Shown: piece after piece, positions 55,691-64,000 of the stretch
Layout of the letters: each line of letters opens with the position of its first letter
Numbering within the stretch: position 1 is the stretch's first letter
From: Octopus vulgaris
Taxonomy: Eukaryota
Length of the DNA: 64,000 nucleotides
Direction of reading: 5' to 3'
Assembly (NCBI GenBank): GCA_951406725.2
Contig: OX597814.1
Coordinates: forward strand, 145,204,001 to 145,268,000
The notes under the pieces: model-generated
The model's input: the letters and a program-made list of their open reading frames with translations, nothing else
Databases searched by the model: none
What the model was told of the DNA's origin: nothing
Program-made: the position numbers and the translations under genes

Positions 55691-55955
55691 AATGAGGGAA
55701 AAGGAAAATTAAGTCCACGAGAATCCTTATTCATTACAAAGTTCGTTTTCACCCAACTTGCATCGGTCCCTTTGCGGGTGGAATACTATACAACTGGTTG
55801 GGTTGCACCCTCTGGGGAATCTGCATCTCGTGAGGTGTATTGTTTTATACAACCAGTTGTACAATAGCCCACCTGCAAGGGATCGATGCAAGTTGTTTCT
55901 AAACGATTGCTGTAATGAATAATGATTCTCGTGAACTCCAGTTTTCGTTCCCCTC

Positions 55956-55958
<3 letters not shown>
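55691..55958. repeat. Fold-back inverted repeat (about 110-bp diverged arms)
   Basis: CACGAGAATCCTTATTCATTACA..CAACTTGCATCGGTCCC..TACAACTGGTTG vs CAACCAGTTGTA..GGGATCGATGCAAGTTG..TGTAATGAATAATGATTCTCGTG; ends at (TA)n. Confidence 0.85.
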
Positions 55959-56002
<44 letters not shown>

Positions 56003-56051
56003 AGGTGTGTGTGTGTATTATTTATTTAAAGGTCCCAATACATGTATTAAA

Positions 56052-56104
56052 GCGCTACTGATAGTTTCATACTTTGAGAAAACTCAAACATATTCTTCAG
56101 GCGC
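56052..56104 (-). ncRNA. Type I hammerhead ribozyme, intact
   Basis: Minus strand GCGC-CUGAAGA-AUAU-G-UUUGAG-UUUU-CUCAAA-GUAU-GAAACU-AUC-AGUA/GCGC: all three stems pair and the core is unmutated. Confidence 0.8.
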
Positions 56105-56289
56105 AAACCACACATAATGAACTAAAAAAAAATTGAATAATAGAAGAAAGGTGAAAAAACTGAGAAGGCAGCCAGAAGACACAGAATGTTAACACCAGTA
56201 AACGAAAAACGGTAAGACAAAAATTAATATGAAGAGTATCATTACAAGTGGTCAATACCAAGAGCCTAAATCCAGTTGCATCACAGTAT

Positions 56290-56594
56290 CCGGTCCATTT
56301 GACCAACGATGAATGGATAAATCCATCATATGAGGCAGAGTTACTGCATACCTAAATGATAATACAACTGATAAGAAGACCTATATTGGATTATGTGAAG
56401 GTGAATTTAAAAATCGCTGTGCCAATCACATAGCCTCTTTCCGACATATAAACAAAAGTAAAGGTACTAAGTTGGCTAGTTTCATATGGACTTTGAAAGA
56501 TAACGAAACACTGCATGTGATTAAATGGAAAGTAATTGAGAAATCCATACCTTATGTGAATGAATGGAATAAATTTGGACTTTGTTTGGCTGAA
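56290..56594 (+). pseudogene. Penelope-like element GIY-YIG endonuclease remnant
   Basis: KTYIGLCEGEFKNRCANHIASFRHINKSKGTKLASFIWTLKDNETLHVIKWKVIEKSIPY...LCLAE (YIG at 56382-56390); upstream GIY half disrupted by stops. Confidence 0.85.
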
Positions 56595-56657
56595 GGAGCG
56601 CCGTGTGACTATGTCCATGCGTCTGTAATGTATGGATGTGTATCTACATTTGTATCC

Positions 56658-56690
<33 letters not shown>

Positions 56691-56843
56691 TGTGTGTGTG
56701 AAGTGTGCCTGTGTGTATATGGTCATGTGTTTCACAAATCGAAACCAGGAACTGAGAAGAGAAATTTTTCAACATACGATCATGCCTGTATATATTGTGG
56801 GTGATTTCAAATCTATCATGTTCTAAATTTACGATAAATTCAA

Positions 56844-57258
56844 CAGGAGTGGCTGTGTGGTAAGTAGCTTGCTTACCAGTCACATGGTTCCGGGTTCAGT
56901 TCCACTGCGTGGCACCTTGGGCGAGTGACTTCTACTGTAGCCTCGGGCCGACCAAAGCCTTGTGAGTGGATTTCGTAGACGGAAACTGAAAGAAGCCCGT
57001 AGTATATATCTATATATGTGTGTGTGTGTATTTGTGTGTGTTTGTGTGTCTGTGTTCGTCCCCCAAACATCGCATGACAACCGATGCTGGTGTGTTTGCG
57101 TCCCCGTAATATAGCGGTTTTGCAAAAAAGACCGATAGAATGAATAAGTACTAGGCTTACAAAGAATAAGTCCTGGGATCGATTTGCTCGACTAAAGGCG
57201 GTGCTCAAGCATGGCCACAGTCAAATGACTGAAACAAGGAAAAGAGTAAAAGAGTAAA
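56844..57258 (+). mobile_element. SINE family A
   Basis: Matches other copies. Confidence 0.9.
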
Positions 57259-57893
57259 GTAAAACTCAATATTAGTGCCGCATGTATACGCTCACAGCTG
57301 TAAGAAGACTGAATTCTTAAGCAATTGTTTAGAATCAGCATAAGAATTTCGTTTAGGACAAATAGATTAGTAGAAATTAATGTACTTTACAGAAGTGAAT
57401 AAAGAAATAAGTAAGTACTGATGGTTAATGCTATTTCTTAGCATAATGCCAAAAATGCTCTCTGAAAAGAATGAACGTCACATCACTTCATTTACCTTCA
57501 CTCATTAAAGTAAACCATTATTCTCCATAATATTCTCAGTTAAAATGTTTTTAATAAATGTTTTGCTAATGGACTTAAAAAAAAATTCTTGTCATTTCGC
57601 TAAACAGCCTTCTGTATTAAAGTGATCTGCCGCAACAAATATACATATATAGCAACAAATATAAATGCATGTATCCACACATTCATGCATACATGCAAAC
57701 GTACGTGGATGGCAAATACCTTTACACTCGCACATGTGCATATTTATAGATCTACACGCATGAATGCAAAGTGTGCATGGTATACATGTACACACAACAA
57801 AACACAAGCACGTGCAGATGTGTATACATACATGTATAAATATATATATACATACATATATATATATATATTTATATATTTATATATATATAC

Positions 57894-57968
<75 letters not shown>

Positions 57969-58879
57969 CATACATACATACATTTATATATACATATCTA
58001 TCTATATATATGGCTATATACATGTGAATGCATATATATATATGGCTATATATATATATGCATGCATATATATATACACTCACACACCTATATACCAATA
58101 TATATTCGCACACTATATATGCACACGCCTACGTATGTACATACATATTTACATCGACAGGTACGATCCAACGCATATGTGATATACATACATGCACACG
58201 CATTTATATCTTTCTATGCATGTACGCACATATACTCAAACACATATACATATATATCCCCCCCTCTACCTTGGCAGCACCATTGCAAATCCTTGATTTG
58301 GGTGAACCGAAAGAAGAGGAAAAAAAAAAAGATGCAATGATATTCCATAGAAATAGAATGAAACTAATGCAGCTTCCATCGTAGTGGATCCTTAGCGTAC
58401 TCCAAACTTCAATAGAATCTTTTGTGAAATGAAATGCCATGGAAGTATTATTTGAATGGAAGCTAATTATATATATTATAGCTCATCTACATATTCCTAA
58501 TTGGCAGATCACATAGCTATGTGATACTATGTTATCTACAGTGTTCGAATGTATGATTGAATTAGCGAAGGAAGGAACTAGAGTGCAGATAACTAAATTT
58601 AGTTGAAGAATATTTATGAAATGACCGTATCCATTACTCTTAATGCATGATAGAAAATATGTACGTGCATAATCAAATGCTTGGGAATACTGGAATAGAT
58701 GCAATGTTATAAGGATCGGCATATACACACTGAGACACAAATATAAATATGCGCTCAAAAGCCATTGAGCACATGCATATAAACACACGTATCTACGTGC
58801 ATATATATGTGTATACATGTAGAGTTGTTTGTATGTGCGTCTCTCTCCATCTGCCTGTATGCATACATGTATATATGAA

Positions 58880-58914
<35 letters not shown>

Positions 58915-58977
58915 GAACGGCAACGAGAAACTCAGAGTAACAGATTTTTGTTGAATTTTCTGCTGCTTAAAATAAAG

Positions 58978-59008
<31 letters not shown>

Positions 59009-59023
59009 ATATATACCTAAGTG

Positions 59024-59056
<33 letters not shown>

Positions 59057-59131
59057 ATCTGCGCATATATACCTAAGTTTATATATATATATATATATTT
59101 GTGTATATATATGAGCATATATATCAAAGTG

Positions 59132-59162
<31 letters not shown>

Positions 59163-59241
59163 GTATATGATTTTATTCTGCATATTCATGTGCTTGCAGA
59201 ATAAGTACGTACAGGTGCACACACAAACATATATACATATG

Positions 59242-59298
<57 letters not shown>

Positions 59299-59495
59299 TT
59301 AATTACAATGGAAAGGCAGTGATACGAAATTTTGAGATATTTTTATATTCAAATAAACATTATTAATAATACATACATACGTATATATATTCCTTAGCGG
59401 CCAGCTTTACATATATACGCAATAATTTATATACAACATATACATATATATGATTGAGTGTGGCTGTATGTATTTATATGTATGTGTACATATGC

Positions 59496-59550
<55 letters not shown>

Positions 59551-60129
59551 TCACATTATCATATATATGCTTAAACATGCGCGCGTACTCACACGCGTAT
59601 GTAAGCCGTATCCTATTAAATGTTATCTTTCGATAGTAACGTTTATGGTATGATTATACGAGTAAAGGAAACTAGTTAGTGGGTTAATCATTTACCGAGC
59701 TTTTCATTTAGCTTCAATGTCCATGCGGGATTTGTCTTGTACGAATTTATTTTGTGACCCTTAATAGTATAGAAGCTGTTGAAAAATCATGGTTTTTCTT
59801 GTACGGGTTCAGTTTGGGACTTGATGCTGCTGAAACTACAAAATCATGTTTGATATTTAGAAAGAGAAAGAAAGAAAAAAAACATACATGAAGAGCTTGG
59901 GAGGGAGATCTAAAGAGAGAAAAACTGATAGATACCTATGTAACTAGCAAGCTAGCTAGCTAGATAGATAAATAAAGAAATAAAGAACGAGAGAGAGAGA
60001 AATAGAGAAATATATATATAGAGAGAGAGAGAGAGAGAGGAAAAGAGAAATAGAAAAGGTGAAAAAGATTAAGTTGTAACAAACAAAGAGATAAAAGTTG
60101 TAACTATGGTTAGAAGTAATGTTTATCAC

Positions 60130-61032
60130 CACTTCAACATGGCTGTTCCGTAAGAACCGACGTTAGTACCATTTTAACTTCCAAGGAGAACGCCTCCTCC
60201 AGCTGGCTATTCGATGGAATCTGCAGCCGATATATATTGCAAGCATATATATATTAAGTTGTGCTTTCCTGAAATTGATGCAAAGTTGGTTTCGGAAATA
60301 TCGCTCTTGCGGCGCCTGTTTTCAAACTTAGTCACAACAAATACCTCTGCTTGTTATATGTACAAACCAACGTGAACAGCACGTGTAAATGAATGTTCGA
60401 ACAGTCGCTCCACACCTTGCAGTAGACCTGTCAGTATCTTTTCTCCTAATCTCAGTTTGTAGGTGATATCAGATAATATTCGATTTTGCTCTCCACATGA
60501 AGGAACTGAACATCGGAAATTGGCAAGCTGTATTTTCAACACTGGGAATCCAAATTAAAATTGAACCACTTTTGCTGCATGTCATCATTTGTAAAAGAGA
60601 AATAGATAATGTTTGATAATGATAAAACATCTGAAATATATGGCTAGATGTAGATATCCGTCCGCAAAAAAATTCCGAAGCACCTACTAGAAAAGTATTA
60701 TGCCGGCTATGATGTAATATGAAATCCACAATCCACTTTGTCCTTTTGTTTCAAGCACAATAAATTACTGCCAAATTGTACTGATGGAAAATCTACAATA
60801 TTGCAGTAAAAGTTTTAAACGAAAAATTACCAAAAAATCCAAGACTGATTAATAGACAAATTCAATTCTGTTTCACGACACTTCTCAACCAAGTCTAAAA
60901 TTCCTCTTTGAAAATTAACGGAGTTCGATTATGAAATTTCGCTGCATCAGTCAACAGCTTATCACATTTTCGCACTCTTCAAACTGCTTGTACGTAATAT
61001 AAGATACGCTCACTGAGAAGCCATAGTTGGTG
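60130..61032 (-). mobile_element. Possible decayed DNA transposon remnant
   Basis: Loose inverted ends CACTTCAACATGGCTGTTC / GAGAAGCCATAGTTGGTG; minus-strand YCKV and SFTRAVHVGL weakly recall a piggyBac-like Cys-rich tail. Confidence 0.3.
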
Positions 61033-61309
61033 GATATAATCAGTGCAGTGACTCACAAGATGAAGTTCTTCAAATAAGAATAACTAATTTAATATCACGT
61101 TAGCAAAAGACAATTTAACGTAATGAATTAAATATATTTATTTGATTTTATTAATAATCTTAATTCTTGTTTTAAACAGCATTTCATGTTGTATAACCTA
61201 ATATACATACTCTCTCACTATTTTCCTCCCGCGCACAGACATACATACAGACAGACACACACACACACACATACATATATGTGTGTGTGTGTGAGTGTAC
61301 ATATATATA

Positions 61310-61412
<103 letters not shown>

Positions 61413-61590
61413 TTAAAAATTTAATAATCTAAAAATCTAAATTTAAAAATTTAAAAGTTTCATAATTTAAATTTTGTATTTCATATATATATTATATATT
61501 ATATTAATTATATTTATTATTTGATTTTTATGTTTTGGTTTATGTCTATCACTGTTTGAGTTGCCTAATAGTGGTTTTATCTCTAATTTA

Positions 61591-61677
<87 letters not shown>

Positions 61678-62118
61678 TATATATGTATATGTATGTATGT
61701 GTGCGTGTGTGTGTGTACACACACAAACACACATATATACAGACATTCAGACAAATATATATTTACACATACTCATACACGTACGCACCCGATCACATAT
61801 ACATGTGTGCATGTATGTGTTTGTGTGTGCGTGCGCGTACGTGTGCGTGTGTCAAATATGCGTGCTTTGACTAAAATATTGAAAATCTTGGACACAAAAA
61901 TATTCATTGGGATTGGGAGGATTTTTATTCAGCTGTATTGCTATGTGCTATACCAGTATATGTTCTATTCACTGTTTCCTATACATAGAAGGCGACAAAT
62001 CTCATCTAAGCAAGTAGCTGGTTGTGAGTACACACCATTGATAAGAGACGCATCTCTTAGGTTTCTTCACTGAAACTATAAGCAAGGACATGGGCTCATT
62101 TTAGATTCACCAGTTCGC

Positions 62119-62169
62119 GTTCTAAAGGCTGACGACAAACAATAAGTTGAAAGACGGGTTTCTTAGAAC
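62119..62169 (+). ncRNA. Decayed hammerhead-like motif
   Basis: GTTCTAA-AGG-CTGACGA-CA-AAC-AATAA-GTT-GAAAGACGGGTTTC-TTAGAAC; 7-bp outer stem. Confidence 0.35.
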
Positions 62170-62354
62170 CGCTTGCACTAATGAATTGAATGTGCTATGA
62201 ACACATAGTTGTCATAAAGGAGAAATTATCCTCTTGTGGCATGTACAATAATGATTATCGTATTTTTATTCGAATCTGCTGGAATGTGTACAGAATAAAT
62301 ATAAAAGTCATCGTTTCAGATCTGGGTGTTCAATATTCAAATGATGATTTATGT

Positions 62355-62419
<65 letters not shown>

Positions 62420-62701
62420 AATTAAGCATATTAGCTTTACAATCACTGGGTTTTGGGAGAATTTCCAATTGTGGCATCTTGGGCAAATATTTTTTTTGCC
62501 TCACACCACTTCTTGACAATCGGTGTTGGTTTGTTTATATCCCCCATTTTGGTGGTTCGGTGAAAAAGAGTCCCATAGAATAAGTACCTGGGTTAAAAGA
62601 AATAAGTACTGGATGTAAAAGATAACGCACACACACACAAACATGTGTATAACTACACCCTTAGCCTTTCCCACAACATATTATTCTATATGTTACATTT
62701 A

Positions 62702-62918
62702 CGATAGGTTGCTGAAAAGTTCCTGGCCTTATGGTTATCACGAAAATCCTGACTGAGATCCATCCTTCCGAGTTTTTTTTTACAGGGCTTAGAAAAGCGG
62801 AAGGAACGCTACGATAAAATGTGAATTTGAGAGGGAAATATGTTGAATAAAATCATAATTAACCGATCCTCCTATAATTTCTTGTACTTAAAATCGGGAA
62901 CTTTTTAGCACACCCCCA
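62702..62918. mobile_element. Mariner-derived MITE
   Basis: TA-flanked ends CGATAGGTTGCTGAAAAGTTCC / GGAACTTTTTAGCACACCCCCA. Confidence 0.65.
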
Positions 62919-63121
62919 TATAAATAAAATATTAAATAGGAATTTTTTATTTTCTCAGGTGCAAGTAATTCTATGCTTTTTTGTTTTTGGTTAAAGCTTC
63001 ATAGACATTTCGATAAGCTGCCCTTGTAGCGCTTAGCCAATATCAGTACATCGTCATTCAAGTAGCATAACTCACAGTATCTACCATCTGCCTCAATAGC
63101 ACAATACACTTATATAATTAT

Positions 63122-63487
63122 GACACAGGGCTGGCTGAAACGTTAGCACGCCGGGTGAAATGCTTAGCGGTATTTCGTCTGCCGTTACGTTCTGAGTTCA
63201 AATTCCGCCGAAGTCGACTTTGCCTTTCATCTTTCGGGGTCGATTAAATAAGTACCAGTTATGCACTGGAGTGCATAATCGACTTAATCCGTTTGTCTGT
63301 CCTTGTTTGTCCTCTCTGTTTTTAGCCCCTTGTGGGTAGTAAAGAAATGGGTATTTCGTTCGTCTTTACATTCGGGGTTCAAATTCCGCCGAGGTCGACT
63401 TTGCCTTTCATTCTATGGGGGTCGATAAATTAAGTACTGGGGTTGATCTAATCGACTGGCCCCCTCCCACAAAATTTCGGACCTTGT
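63122..63487 (+). mobile_element. Dimeric SINE family B with 18-bp TSD
   Basis: Two B-box/central domains in tandem; perfect ATACACTTATATAATTAT at 63104-63121 and 63488-63505. Confidence 0.9.
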
Positions 63488-63703
63488 ATACACTTATATA
63501 ATTATCACATTATAAAGCGAATAGTCTCAACAACTCACAGCATTAAAAAATCGACAATCAATGCTGACACATATCGAACACCGGAATATAACTCATGCTG
63601 CACAATTGCCACCTAATAAAACGCAACCAACGTTATAGCTAAACCGATGCATACGTATCTTAATCAACATCCAACAAAGAAAAGTAAATGTCCGCAATAT
63701 ATA

Positions 63704-63990
63704 GTTGCAGACGTGGCTGTGTGATATGAAGTTTGCTTCCCAACGACAAGGTCCTTGATTCAGTCTCATTGTGTGGTGTCTTGGTAAGTGTTTTCTACTA
63801 TAGCTTCCGACCGACCAAATACGTGTGAGTAGATTTGGTAGACGGAAAGTGAAAGAAGCCCGTCTATATATTAATGTGTGCGTCTTTGTGTTTGTGTTTG
63901 TCCGTCCTCCCACCGCTTGAGAACGGTGTTGGTGTTTTTACGTCCCCGTAACTTAGCTGTTCAACAAAAGGAAGCTATCGATAGAATTAA
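63704..63990 (+). mobile_element. SINE family A, diverged
   Basis: GTGGCTGTGTGATATGAAG...GATTTGGTAGACGGAAAGTGAAAGAAGCCCGTC. Confidence 0.8.
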
Positions 63991-64000
63991 TACAAAGCAT

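Overview
AT-rich, microsatellite-saturated animal DNA with no recognisable host protein-coding exon; almost all listed ORFs are translations of (TA)n/(CA)n/(TATG)n tracts. The SINE families and repeat landscape point to an Octopus (coleoid cephalopod) intron or intergenic region; this is inferred from family recognition, not a database search. The window is a mosaic of tRNA-derived SINEs (at least 4 families), decayed LINEs (a near-full RTE with three C-terminal C2H2-like fingers, an Expander/Rex3-like RTE, a HERO-like 3' end, a Tx1/L1-like element and an ORF1-only relative), a full-length dead mariner, hAT, mariner and Merlin-like MITEs, two non-autonomous Helitrons and a Penelope-like GIY-YIG remnant. 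The main unannotated signal is a dispersed set of about a dozen type I hammerhead-ribozyme-like motifs from several sequence families (three with intact cores). They lie in short elements between (TA)n tracts, several of which are long fold-back inverted repeats, consistent with Penelope-like pseudo-LTR derivatives. All alignments and folds were done by eye.
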